Numbered from the whole stretch's first letter, positions 46,495 through 60,582 are shown. The stretch is DNA of 63,414 nt, filler included, from Octopus bimaculoides (GCF_001194135.2; 6 parts of 6 records of this genome joined end to end with filler, not necessarily neighbours in it), one strand, 5' to 3'. Program-made: numbers and translations. The notes: generated from the sequence alone by a model not told the origin.

Positions 46495-46950
46495 TTAGTG
46501 GTATCCAACCATTTTGTTTCCTATGGATCCCTTTGATTCCTATTTTACTCTACTTGATCCCAAGAACCATTCGAAGTTTAAATAAAATCCTATGGTGTGT
46601 ATATATATATATATCCTATGGTGTATATATCCTATGGCGTATATATCCTATAGTGTATATATCCTATGGTGTATATATATATATATCCTATTCTATTTTT
46701 ATGATTGTATAATATTAGGAATTGTATAAAAATATTTTTGAAATATTTTGTGTTTTGTATGAGATGCATAACCAATTTCATTACACATAAATCTGAACAA
46801 CAAAATCTTGTATGAACACTCGAGAACCATATAGACCCCTGAGTACCATATGGACTACTGAGGGCCATATGGACACTCGAGTGCCATATGGACACTCGAG
46901 TACCATATGGACACTTGAGTGCCATATAGACCCCCATTGAGAAACTATCA
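46495..46950. mobile_element. hAT-like MITE containing internal tandem repeats
   Basis: GTCTAGAT then TAGTGGTATCCAACC; similar to the left end of 60288. Contains a 19-bp CCATATGGACACTCGAGTG array. Confidence 0.55.
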
Positions 46951-47074
46951 GTCCAAGTAATGCAGCTTTGTGAGTGTGTATATGTATTTATGCAAGCATG
47001 CATGTATTTCTCTGTATTGCACATAAATGCATGTGTACATGTGGATTCCACAAAACTGAATTGACACTCTAAAG

Positions 47075-47368
47075 CAGGGTTTCCCAACCGGGGTCAACAG
47101 AAGCTTTAAGGGGGGTCCACGAGTAAAAAATTGTAATTTGTGGGTCCATATATAAATTTTGTTTACTAGGAGAGATACCTGTATTTATTGAAATTTTCAA
47201 GATTTGCATTTGGAATTTCTGTTATGAATATATATAATGAAATTGTTTCATTGTTTCATTTTACTAGAAACAAATATTTTACTTTAGAAATTTTTATGTG
47301 CATATATGGGGGTCCATGAATGATAAGTCTCAGGGGGTGCACAAGCAAAATAAGGTTGGAAACCCTTG
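47075..47368. mobile_element. hAT (Charlie-like) MITE
   Basis: TIRs CAGGGTTTCCCAACC / GGTTGGAAACCCTTG and 8-bp TSD CTCTAAAG / CTCTAAAA. Confidence 0.85.
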
Positions 47369-47980
47369 CTCTAAAAGAAAAAAAGAACAACAATATTTAC
47401 ATTTTGCCACAAAATACAAGTTCTATAGCTTTTTTTTTTTTGTTTTAGTGGCTTTTGTTTTTTTTTTTTAATGTATGAGGAATAGACTCACAAAAAAAAA
47501 ACAATTGCAAAATAGGTAGGCAGTGGTACCAACAAGAACATGAAGCAGAGAAAACTTTACATGGATAAGTGGTCTCATACCTATAGCAGCATCAACAAAC
47601 TGACACAGACATTCAAAATGAAAATGATCACACACACACACACACACACATGTACATGTATAAATATATTATATACATACAGATACAGAATATATACATA
47701 CAATATATATATATATATATATATACATATATGCGAGGGGAGGGGGGCTGAAAAGTTTCTAGCTTTGGATAAAAGAAAATACAGAAGTATCAGTTAATTG
47801 TAATTTTATTCAACATATTTCCCTCTCAAATTCACACACTTATTGCAGTGGTCCTTCAGTTTTTCTAATCTCTGTAAAAGAACTCGGAAGGTTGGGTCTC
47901 CAGCCAGGCCTTTCGCGATACCCTTAAAGTCAGGAACTTTTCAGCACCTTTTTGTATGTACAAATGTGTGTGTATGTGTA

Positions 47981-48020
<40 letters not shown>

Positions 48021-48046
48021 AGAATGCAAAAGCACACACAAGTGCC

Positions 48047-48105
<59 letters not shown>

Positions 48106-49228
48106 GGAGGGAGACAGACAGACAGAGGAGTTTTAAGTGAAGGAACATGACTGTTTACCACCTGAAAATAGCGTGTATGCTTTGGATGATTGTGAATGTA
48201 TAATCGTTAAGTATACCGTACATGCTAATTTACACGCACACACACACTTTGCAGCATATATAGAGTAAGGTGTGTGTGTGTGGGGAGGGAGACAGACAGA
48301 CAGACAGGCAAACAGAAAGGCAGAGAGACACTTGTGCATATACATCATTTATCATCATCTTTTAACGTCCATTTTCCATGCTGGCATGGGTTGGATGACT
48401 TGACAGGAGCTGGCAAGGACAGGGGCTGCACCAGGTTCCCTGGCCTGTTTTAGCTTGGTTTCTACAAGTGGATGCCCTCCATAATGCCAAATGCAATACA
48501 GACCACACTGGGTGCTTTTTGTGTGGCACCAGCACCACTGCTTTTAAATATGGAGCCAGCACCAGTACTTTTAATGTGACACCAACCCCAATGCCTTTTA
48601 TGTGACACCTTGGTTTTAAGACATGAATTCTATTGTGACGGGTGAGTCTACACCTGTTTCATACATATATATATGTATATTATATATGTGTGCGTGAGTG
48701 TGTGTGTGTGTGTACGTATGTACATGTTTATGTTTATCTTTTTACTCACACATGCGCTTGTGTGTGTATGTATATGTATACAAATATACATATACGCACA
48801 CAAGCATGTTTGAACAAGAAACATATATATATCAGTAAATGAGTGTGTATTTATGTGTGTAAATAGATATTTAGATATATATATATATACACACAGTGAT
48901 ATTTGTATGTGCTGCTTGTTGCATATGTAGTGTGGTGTAGTTATGTATGTAATACAAAATCTTCAAAAGAAACAATCTGACAAACTATGTTGGTTCCTGT
49001 GAGAACCAATGAAGTGTGAAGTTGAAACATTGTTTTCGTGAGAAATCATGGCTAAAGCAAAAGCTATACATATATATAGTGTATATATAATCATAAATAC
49101 AAATATCAAATATACATAAATATACAGAGGTTTATACCTACATATACACACATATTTACATATGCATACATATGTAGGCAAATAGATGTGTGTGTGTGTG
49201 TCTACACACACATATATATATAAGCATG

Positions 49229-49259
<31 letters not shown>

Positions 49260-49675
49260 CTAAATTTAGCATTAAAAAACCAGGTGTTTCACATGTATGG
49301 AAGGACTTTTAATACTATGTGGTATATAATCAAAATGTCAAATAGTGTAGTAAATATACATGTACATAAATACACACAGAAATGCAGGGGTCGACAGTCA
49401 TGGATTCATAGGTACCTTAGATGAGACAGAAGTACAGCCAGATGCTGCTCCTGTCACAAACACTCACCTGTTTGCAAACAAAATAGTATTTTTCCTCAGT
49501 CTGGACTTGATTTCTACAAACGAAGATCACCATTCTATGACAGCGAAGTTTGTTTAAAATTAGCAGATGAAAGAAAGTCAATGAAACACACATACACACA
49601 CACACACTTTAAAATGTCCATGTACACACACAGATACAGTCACTCATATGCATATCCACACATAAATATAAGCAT

Positions 49676-49712
<37 letters not shown>

Positions 49713-49845
49713 CACACATAGAAGCACTATGGGTTTCTATGTTTTTCAGTTTCCATCTTTCCAAATGCACTCACAAGGCATTAAAAACTTAGTCTACAAC
49801 AGAAGACACCTGCCCAAGGTGTCACACACTGGGACTCTATATCTA

Positions 49846-49932
<87 letters not shown>

Positions 49933-51104
49933 NNNNNNNNNNNNNNNNNNNNNNNNNNNNNNNNNNNNNNNNNNNNNNNNNNNNNNNNNNNNNNNNNNNN
50001 NNNNNNNNNNNNNNNNNNNNNNNNNNNNNNNNNNNNNNNNNNNNNNNNNNNNNNNNNNNNNNNNNNNNNNNNNNNNNNNNNNNNNNNNNNNNNNNNNNNN
50101 NNNNNNNNNNNNNNNNNNNNNNNNNNNNNNNNNNNNNNNNNNNNNNNNNNNNNNNNNNNNNNNNNNNNNNNNNNNNNNNNNNNNNNNNNNNNNNNNNNNN
50201 NNNNNNNNNNNNNNNNNNNNNNNNNNNNNNNNNNNNNNNNNNNNNNNNNNNNNNNNNNNNNNNNNNNNNNNNNNNNNNNNNNNNNNNNNNNNNNNNNNNN
50301 NNNNNNNNNNNNNNNNNNNNNNNNNNNNNNNNNNNNNNNNNNNNNNNNNNNNNNNNNNNNNNNNNNNNNNNNNNNNNNNNNNNNNNNNNNNNNNNNNNNN
50401 NNNNNNNNNNNNNNNNNNNNNNNNNNNNNNNNNNNNNNNNNNNNNNNNNNNNNNNNNNNNNNNNNNNNNNNNNNNNNNNNNNNNNNNNNNNNNNNNNNNN
50501 NNNNNNNNNNNNNNNTTTTTTTTTTTTTTTTGTTCGCAGTCATAACTTGCCTGAAGACACTATGCACCTACAGGGGGGGAAAAAAAAGTCGGAGTAGCAA
50601 GAAGAGTGATTTGACCAAAATAAAAAAATAAAATAAAATACATATATAATAAGTAAAACAAATACGTGTGCAGAGATATGCATATAGCTACATGCATATA
50701 TGTTCCAATTCAAACAAAAACTCTCATGTTTTTCCATGGATGCTGTCGAAATTCCACACATGTAAACTCCTATACTCATTCATAGTTGTGAGTTGAACTT
50801 CATAGCCACTCAGCCATATCTCCATCCCCCCCCCCAACACACACACGCACATACATCTTACTCATAAACATGCTTGCATTTTATCTACCTAACAAAATGA
50901 CACACACACACTCTATCATGCATGGTTGCGTGGTTAAGAAACTCGTTTTGCAGAAACATGCTTTTGGGTTCAGCCCCACTATGCAGCACCTTGGGCAAGA
51001 GTCTTCTATTAAAACCCCAGGTCAACCAATGGTAAAGAGAAACTGTGCTGAAGCTCATCATGTATATCTACCTTTCTTTCTTTTTATCTATCTATCTATC
51101 TATC

Positions 51105-51490
51105 TTGCATGGTAAGAAGCTTGCTTCCCAACTACATGGTTCCAGTTTCAGTCCCACTGCTTGGTGCCTTGGGCAAGTGTCTTCTACTATAGCCTCAGGT
51201 TGACCAAAGCCTTGTGAGTGGATTTGGTAGATGGAAACTGAAAGAAGCCTGCCGTATATATATATTTGCGAGCGTGTGTATGTATGTATGTATTTGTGTT
51301 TGTCCCCTCACCATCACACGACAACCGATGCTGGTGAGTTTACATCCCTGTATCTTAGCAGTTCAGCAAAAGGGATTGATAGAATAAGCACTGGGCTTAA
51401 CAAAGAATATGTCCTGGGGTCGATTTGTTCAACTAAAGGCGGTGCTCCAGCATGACCGAAGTCAAATAACTGAAACAAATAAAAGAATAT
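51105..51490 (+). mobile_element. Family B SINE followed by (TATC)n
   Basis: Colinear with the 15455 copy. Confidence 0.85.
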
Positions 51491-51546
51491 CTATATATCT
51501 ATCTATCTATCTATCTATTATTTATCCATCTATCTATCTATCTATG

Positions 51547-51585
<39 letters not shown>

Positions 51586-52339
51586 TATCTATCTACATAC
51601 AAATACGCACACACATACATTCACATATGTCTGTGTGTCCTTGTGCTTGCCACCCCCACTGCCTGATGACCAATATTGCTTTATCTATGACTCCATAACT
51701 TAGTGTTTCAGCAAAAAAAGATCAACAATATAAGTACCAAACAATAAAAAAAAAGAAGGAAAAAAAAACATATATTGGTGTCAGTTTGTTCAACTAAACT
51801 TTTCAAGGTTGTGTTCCAGTATGACCACAGTCAAAAGACTAAAATAGTTATAAGTTAAAAAGTAACACACTAACAAACACACACACACACAAGCATGCAC
51901 AAACATCATCTCCAACCACACGTCCCTTACCAGGCTTGCACACACACTGACAGAAACCCCTACATGAAAGCCCATACCTCAGTGCTTCTCTACTTGTCGT
52001 AGAGCAGGGTTTCACACCAGCTTTCGGTCCCTCACCCCACACCAGCCTCCTTTACCTGAGTTACATTATCATTTAATGATGTACCTTTTCAACACTTTAA
52101 CACTGACCCTTTCACCATTTTTGCTTCCCACTCCTTTACACCTCAGTTTCATCTCGTATTCTTTCTGAAGCAGAATGACTGAAGGCTAAAATGGCAGAAC
52201 AGAACATCCTAAGATTTAGATAGATTTTCAGCTATTTCCCATTATATATCTGCTGAAATACACAGTCTCGTTTATCAAGCAATTTTTGAAAATAACAAAG
52301 AATTTAGCGAAATGACTTTGTCATTAATTATGTTGGTGT

Positions 52340-52760
52340 AAGGTAGTGAGCTGGCCGTGAGGTCAGCATGCTGGGCAAAATGCTTACTGGCATTTCTGTC
52401 AAGGTCAACTTTGCCTTTCATCCTTTTGGGGGTTGATAAAATAGGTACCAGTTTGGCACTGGGCTCAATGTAACTGACTTACCCACCTGCTCTGAAATAG
52501 CTGGCATCATGCCAAAATTTGAAACCAATATTAATTAACTGTTTGGCGGTGGGCTGACAGAATCATTAGCACATCAGGCAAAATGCTTAGCGACATTTCG
52601 TCCGATTTTACTTCCTGAGTTCAAATTCTGCCAGGATCAGCTTTGTCTTTCATCCTTCCAGGGTTGATTAAAATAAGTAACTAGTTTAGCAATGAGGTCA
52701 ATGAAATGGACCTACCCCCAACACCCAGAATTTTGGCCCTTGTGCTAAAATTAGAAACTT
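52340..52760 (+). mobile_element. Two tandem diverged family C SINEs
   Basis: Two head + CTTTCATCCTT core + CAAAATTTGAAACC/AATTAGAAAC tail units. Confidence 0.75.
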
Positions 52761-52963
52761 GTGTATGGAAGATATATCGACAAGGAATTTTGATGGTGGG
52801 CTTAAGGTTTAGATAACCCTAATGCGGGGACACATGCTCCGTTTTCTCCATCTCATTCCTAACAAGTAGGTGAACCATTTTAGACTTCACAGTATATTTA
52901 CAAATATATGCCTACATGTAGACATCTATCTATGTGTTTGTATATACAAATATGTACATATTT

Positions 52964-53000
<37 letters not shown>

Positions 53001-53017
53001 GTGTGTGTGTGTGCGTT

Positions 53018-53048
<31 letters not shown>

Positions 53049-54204
53049 GCAATATATAGGTATCTATATGGACATATATATATATATATANNNNNNNNNN
53101 NNNNNNNNNNNNNNNNNNNNNNNNNNNNNNNNNNNNNNNNNNNNNNNNNNNNNNNNNNNNNNNNNNNNNNNNNNNNNNNNNNNNNNNNNNNNNNNNNNNN
53201 NNNNNNNNNNNNNNNNNNNNNNNNNNNNNNNNNNNNNNNNNNNNNNNNNNNNNNNNNNNNNNNNNNNNNNNNNNNNNNNNNNNNNNNNNNNNNNNNNNNN
53301 NNNNNNNNNNNNNNNNNNNNNNNNNNNNNNNNNNNNNNNNNNNNNNNNNNNNNNNNNNNNNNNNNNNNNNNNNNNNNNNNNNNNNNNNNNNNNNNNNNNN
53401 NNNNNNNNNNNNNNNNNNNNNNNNNNNNNNNNNNNNNNNNNNNNNNNNNNNNNNNNNNNNNNNNNNNNNNNNNNNNNNNNNNNNNNNNNNNNNNNNNNNN
53501 NNNNNNNNNNNNNNNNNNNNNNNNNNNNNNNNNNNNNNNNNNNNNNNNNNNNNNNNNNNNNNNNNNNNNNNNNNNNNNNNNNNNNNNNNNNNNNNNNAAA
53601 AAGAGTAATATATATATATAGACACATAAATATGAAGAATTTCTAAAGTGACTTCAATGCATGAGAATCTATAAACTGGATAAGTTCTACATATGAAGTG
53701 ACAGATAAGTACAGAGGCACCTATACAGTTACATAATTCCTCGTATCAGTGTGACGCAAGTGCCACAATAATGGGCTTTTTAAGTTAATCGTACAATTCT
53801 TCCAGCAGGCTAATGTTGTATTTCTGTCTTAAGAAATTCAACATCAACATGTGGAACAAAAGGCAACAATTTGCTTCAAGCTAGGATTGAACCATAGACC
53901 TTAGACTTTTCAAGAAAATTCCTGAATTATTCAATAGCGAATTTGAACAAACACAAACACAAACGCTTCTTTTTTTTTTTTTACCTTTTTGTTTTTTTTA
54001 TCACCTGTTTCACTCATTCAAGCGTGGCCATGCTGGGGCACCACTTTCAAGTGCTTTTAGTCAAATGAATAAACCTTAGTACTTTTAAAAAAAAAAACTT
54101 GATGTTTATTCTAACAGTCTCTTTTGCTGAACTGCACACAACCTACACACAACCTACACCAGTTGTCAAATAGCGACAGAGGACTAACTCATACAAAATC
54201 ACAC

Positions 54205-54304
54205 NNNNNNNNNNNNNNNNNNNNNNNNNNNNNNNNNNNNNNNNNNNNTTAATTAATTAANNNNNNNNNNNNNNNNNNNNNNNNNNNNNNNNNNNNNNNN
54301 NNNN
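54205..54304. other. Artificial scaffold linker
   Basis: 44N-TTAATTAATTAA-44N. Confidence 0.97.
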
Positions 54305-54347
<43 letters not shown>

Positions 54348-54794
54348 TGCATATATATAAGTACACACGCGCACACCTACACTCACACAGACACATATAT
54401 GTATGTTTGCGTGCGCGAGCTTGATGTAGTTTATCAGACAGCAACATATGTATGTAATGGTTCATTGCTTTCTTTTTTGCCACATGTGTAATCTATCTAT
54501 CTATCTATCTATCTATCTATTTACTCAAGAATGTGTATATATACTTATATACACACATACATATGTACATGTATATACATAAGTATATATTTGCATTCGT
54601 GCATATATACATTCACAACATTCACACTCTCTCCCTCTCTCCATCTCCCTCTCTCGCTCACACACACACAGACACACAAACACGTACATCTTCAAGCTGT
54701 AAAGCTATCTTAAGGTCCACAAAATAAACAGATCTAGAAACAAAAGTCGGTGATATCAACATCACTAACTCTGAGAATTATCTTCCACAAGAGT

Positions 54795-55370
54795 AAGGCG
54801 TCGATCTGGCAGAAACGTTAGCACGCCGGGCGAAATGCTTAGCGGTATTTCGTCTGCCACTGCGTTCTGAATTCAAATTCCGCCGAGGTCGACTTTGCCT
54901 TTCATCCTTTCAGGGTCGTTAAATTAAGTACCAGTTACGCACTGGGGTCGATATAATCGACTTAATCCGTTTGTCTGTCCTTGTTTGTCCCCTCTGTGTG
55001 TAGCCCCTTGTGGGCAGTAAAGAAATAGGTATTTCGTCTGTCTTTACGTTCCGAGTTCAAATTCCGCCGAGGTCGACTTTGCATTTCATCCTTTCGGGGG
55101 TCGATAAATTAAGTAGCAGTTGCGGTAAATAGTACCAATTATCTTCCACAAGAGTAAAGCGGCGATCTGGCAGAAACGTTAGCACGCCGGGCGAAATGTT
55201 TACCGGTATTTCGTTTGTCTTTACGTTCCGAGTTCAAATTCCGCCGAGGTCGACTTTGCCTTTCATCCTTCCGGGGGACGATAAATTAAGTACCAGTTGC
55301 GTTCTGGGGTCGGTAAATTAAATCCCATCCTCCACAAATTTCGGGCTTTGTGCCTCGAGCAGAAAAGAAT
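54795..55370 (+). mobile_element. Family C SINE array (full + partial + full) between 78-bp direct repeats
   Basis: Three GAGTTCAAATTCCGCCGAGGTCGACTTTGC-like cores; direct repeats at 54717-54794 and 55373-55450. Confidence 0.87.
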
Positions 55371-55892
55371 GCCCACAAAATAAACACATCTAGAAACAAA
55401 AGTTCGTGATGTCAACAACACTAGCTCTTAGAATTATCTTCCACAAGAGTTTTTATCTATTTATGTGACACTCTTTCACAAAATTTCTTCTTTTCTATCT
55501 TCAGGATTTTCTTCTTTCCTGTTTATTAGTTTTTATTTTATTTTACACTTTTCATTTGTTTCTTTTACTTATTTCAGTTTTTTTTCCCTTTTCATGCCTT
55601 TATTTATAATTTTAGTTTTTAATTTTTTTTTTACTTTTATATTTTCGTTTTTATACTCTTCTTTGTTTGGCTTCTACTTTCCATTCTTTCCTTATTGTAT
55701 TTTTATTGTTTTTTTCTTTACTTTATTGTCCTTATTTTTAATTGTTTCTTGTTTTTTTCTTTTTAGCAAGGAAGTAATCAATGGTTTTGAAAAAAAAAAA
55801 CAACCAAAAAGAAAACAAAAAGCAAACCAAAAAGCACTAGAATTTCATTTCTGATAATGACCACCATAGATAACTATATACACGCACACACA

Positions 55893-55934
<42 letters not shown>

Positions 55935-56080
55935 CATGCGCGTGCGCACACAATATATATCTACATACAAACATTCATATATACAGACATATATACATTC
56001 AAATGCATGTATGTGTGTGGTATGTGTGCGTATGTGCGTGCCTGTGTGTATGTATATATGGAAACATATGTGCGTATATG

Positions 56081-56129
<49 letters not shown>

Positions 56130-56639
56130 GTGTATGTGTATGTGTGTGTGTGTATGTATGCATGTATGATACGAATCTATGTGTGTGTGTGGATACACGA
56201 ACGTTTTCACAAACAAACATAACAGTTGGAACTCCACCATATTATTGCGCGATTCCAGAAACAGCCTATGTAACAACAACAGCGCCACCAGGTTTTCAAC
56301 GATAACGACGGACCTCCCACGAACTCTAAGATAACAACATTTGTCAGGTATTTAGGAGACATGAAATATAACAAGTGGGTAGCTCTTATTGTTATTACTT
56401 TCTGGGAAATAGTCCTTAGAAACTGTTAAACATTGGCAACGCATTAAAGAATAAGAAGGTTTCATGTTTTAACTTCGGAAACCTTCTTATGTGTGCGGTG
56501 TATATGGTATATGATCGTCTGCATGTATGTATGTATTTATTATGTTTACATACCACACGTTTTTGTCTTCGCTATGTATTTCAATATTTCTTTCTTTCTT
56601 TTATTTATTTACTTATTATCATTTTTTTTTTTTTTTTTG

Positions 56640-56863
56640 CAGAATCGTTAGCACGCTGGGCGAAATGCTTAGTGGTATTTCGCCCGTCGCTACGTTCCAA
56701 GTTCAAATTCCGTCGAGGTCGATTTTGTCTTTCATCTTTTCGGGAGTCGATTAAATAAATACCAGCTGAACACTGAGGTCGATGTAATCAACTCATCCTC
56801 TCCCCCAAAATTGCTACCCTTGTGGCAAAATTTGAAACCATTATTATTATTATTATTATTATT
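56640..56863 (+). mobile_element. Family C SINE with (ATT)n tail
   Basis: GCAGAATCGTTAGCACGCTGGGCG head; ends CAAAATTTGAAACC(ATT)n. Confidence 0.85.
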
Positions 56864-57583
56864 GAGTGAGAGAGCAGTGCATGCCATCAAAGTGACACTG
56901 GGGTAAAATATAGGAAGCCCATTATACCCATCATGACTACCCGTCTGATAAGGGTACACCAGGCACATGCATCACAACCATATGTACGCGACATGGTGAT
57001 CTCATATCAAAATAAACAGCGCATAACCACGCAGGTGGGGCCCAGTTAGAATTTTCTTCAGGTTGAGTAGCCCATTCCGCTCAAAAGGTCCCTGAACAAG
57101 GTTTGTTTAAGGATGTTGAGCAAAACACACATGTTTCCAAAGGTGAATTATTCAAACTCATTCAAGTTCAGGAGTCGATGCTAGGTTGGCAGAATCGCTA
57201 GAGTGCTTTCCAGCATTTAGTTCCGTCTCTTCCTGTTTTCACTTTGAACCCCTTACCCGAGTTAATTTTGTCTTTCATCCTTCCGGTGGTGATAAAGCAA
57301 CAGTCAAGTACTTCGATCGATATAATAAACTACATACCCAGCCAATTCCTAAAATGTGCAGACGGTTGGCTATATTAGCTATCATTATTATCACTTTTAT
57401 TATTTTGCTTCCGCCCTACTATCCTCTCTTTCGAGTCAAATTCCAGAAAAAAAAAAAAAGAAAAAAAAGAACAGGCTGTTAAGGTTAAAGAATATAATCT
57501 GTTTTCCGATATGTGTAAACTGTCAGTTAAAGGAATTTAGGAAATTTTCACTAAGTGTAGGAGTGGCTTATTTCAGCTATTTA

Positions 57584-57625
57584 ACAACAACAACAACAAA
57601 AACAACAACAACAACAACAACAACA

Positions 57626-57686
<61 letters not shown>

Positions 57687-57722
57687 TGACAGCAAAACAA
57701 CCAATGACGACAACAACAATTA
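57584..57722. repeat. (CAA)n(CTA)n compound microsatellite
   Basis: Directly visible. Confidence 0.95.
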
Positions 57723-58654
57723 CAATAAACTATATCGTTTGAACTAAGATGATTCAAAGATAGATATGAACTGAAGAAGAAAAGCAGAAGCACTGAAATT
57801 TATTCAGATTTATTTTATTTTTTATTATATTTTTGATATTTTTTTTTTCGGAAATGAGCCTGAAAATTAATCCGAATGTGCAAAAAAAAAAAAAAAAGAA
57901 AGAAAGAAAGCGGGGTGTCAGAAGGGCAAAATATATACGAATTTGTAAAACTAAAATAAAAATAAAAATAGAATAAAAAATAGAAACTTTACTAAAAAAG
58001 AAAAAAAAACATAAACATGTGAAACACCCCCTCAAAATATATATAAAAAAAGAAAGGACTAGAATCGCTGGAAGCTGACTGAGAAAAATAAAAACCCGAT
58101 GTTAAAATTAGAGTGCCATACATGAGAATAAGGCAAATATACATTTACAACAGTGACTCGACTCTTGCTTAGATCAAATGGCTTAACTTACATCTCGTTA
58201 TAATGAGCAGGAACTATTTTGAATATCATTATTTTCACAATTATGTGAAAGGTTGCCACAACGCACTTACGCATTAGTCCCGGATATACAAGGTTCACTA
58301 TCAGAAAATGTATATTTTTTCATTGGCTATTTTTTTTTTGTTTATATGTATTACATAAAAAAGAAAATTCCCCCATAAATTATATATAAAAACAAGAAAA
58401 TAAAAGAAGATTGACGTTCCTGTTCCTTCTTTGTGATTATAGTTTTTTTTTCCCAGAAATGTGGAACTGAAAATGGTTTGGCTAAAACGGTTAGGTACAA
58501 ACTCTACTGTCCTACTATGTGTCTATCTTTTTTTTCTTTGCAGTGATTATGAAAGAATTTGGTAAATCATGCTGCATATAGAGACATATCTTTGATAATA
58601 TATAGCTACAGACCAATATATATTCAAACGTACGTGTAAACACGCGCATGTACA

Positions 58655-58709
<55 letters not shown>

Positions 58710-59045
58710 GTCTCTCACACTATCTAAATTTATATGTATGTATGTACATGTGTGTGTGTGTGTATGTGTGTGTGTGTGTGTGTATGTGTCTGTGTGCGTG
58801 TGTGTGTGTGTGTATTTGACCATACATATGAGAAATTACGATAACCGTAAGTTTATAGAATGTGCGTTTCACCATTGTGTTTGTTTGGAACTCTGCATAG
58901 GATGTTCCAAGTGCAGTTGAATGCTTAATCAGAACGGATGATCAGGAAACACTTTACTGAATTATGTTACAGATAACTAATGATATAAACTTGCGTTGAT
59001 CATAATTAGTAATACTACTAAGTATAACAGTTACTTAACCACTAT

Positions 59046-59122
<77 letters not shown>

Positions 59123-60287
59123 NNNNNNNNNNNNNNNNNNNNNNNNNNNNNNNNNNNNNNNNNNNNNNNNNNNNNNNNNNNNNNNNNNNNNNNNNNNNNN
59201 NNNNNNNNNNNNNNNNNNNNNNNNNNNNNNNNNNNNNNNNNNNNNNNNNNNNNNNNNNNNNNNNNNNNNNNNNNNNNNNNNNNNNNNNNNNNNNNNNNNN
59301 NNNNNNNNNNNNNNNNNNNNNNNNNNNNNNNNNNNNNNNNNNNNNNNNNNNNNNNNNNNNNNNNNNNNNNNNNNNNNNNNNNNNNNNNNNNNNNNNNNNN
59401 NNNNNNNNNNNNNNNNNNNNNNNNNNNNNNNNNNNNNNNNNNNNNNNNNNNNNNNNNNNNNNNNNNNNNNNNNNNNNNNNNNNNNNNNNNNNNNNNNNNN
59501 NNNNNNNNNNNNNNNNNNNNNNNNNNNNNNNNNNNNNNNNNNNNNNNNNNNNNNNNNNNNNNNNNNNNNNNNNNNNNNNNNNNNNNNNNNNNNNNNNNNN
59601 NNNNNNNNNNNNNNNNNNNNNNNNNNNNNNNNNNNNNNNNNNNNNNNNNNNNNNNNNNNNNNNNNNNNNNNNNNNNNNNNNNNNNNNNNNNNNNNNNNNN
59701 NNNNNNNNNNNNNNNNNNNNNNNNNNNNNNNNNNNNNNNNNNNNNNNNNNNNNNNNNNNNNNNNNNNNNNNNNNNNNNNNNNNNNNNNNNNNNNNNNNNN
59801 NNNNNNNNNNNNNNNNNNNNNNNNNNNNNNNNNNNNNNNNNNNNNNNNNNNNNNNNNNNNNNNNNNNNNNNNNNNNNNNNNNNNNNNNNNAATAAATAAA
59901 TAAAGAAAAGAAACAGAAAGAGAAAAGTACTAAGGTCGATTCATTCGTCTAAAATTCTTCAAAGCGATGTCCTAGCATGGCCGCAGTCTAATGACTGAAA
60001 CAAGCAGAAGATAAAGAATAAAAGATACATGAACCAGAATAACTTAACACCGTATGAATAGAGCATGAATTATTTATTCAAATACGTTATGAAATTGGTG
60101 CCAGTGATTTCATAAATCCGATATATATATTGCAATAGATCAAAGGAAACTTTTCAGTTAAGGTCAGATGTTTATGAAGGTATAACACTGAAAGTATACG
60201 TTGACTGACGATTATCGCACAGAGACTTGTAATCCTTAATGTAATTCTCATGCGAAATCAGCCTGATACAATGTGATAAGTCTAGAC

Positions 60288-60582
60288 CAGGGGTTCCCAA
60301 CTAGTTTTTTATCTATAGACCCTTTGACTACTATTTTATTCTGGTGTCTAAATTTGATGTCTAAAACTAGTTCTATAGAAACTTCCTTCAAAATTCCTAT
60401 TTTGTTTTTCACACATTAACTTTTCTAGCTGTTTCTTGTAATACATACCAATACGTACATCTAAAGCAACATTTTTTTTCAGGGGCCCTTAAAATACTAT
60501 TGCGGATCCCCAACTTACAATTTTGTTGCGTGGACCGCTCCCCACACCAAATCTTATATGGACGCTGGTTGACACCCCCCTG
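60288..60582. mobile_element. hAT-like MITE
   Basis: GTCTAGAC|CAGGGGTTCCCAAC ... GGTTGACACCCCCCTG|ATCAAGAC, giving degenerate TIR and 8-bp TSD. Confidence 0.7.

Noticed and set aside
46826-46930. CRISPR-like array
   Set aside because: These are direct tandem 19-bp units with no unique spacers, in a eukaryotic context with no cas genes.
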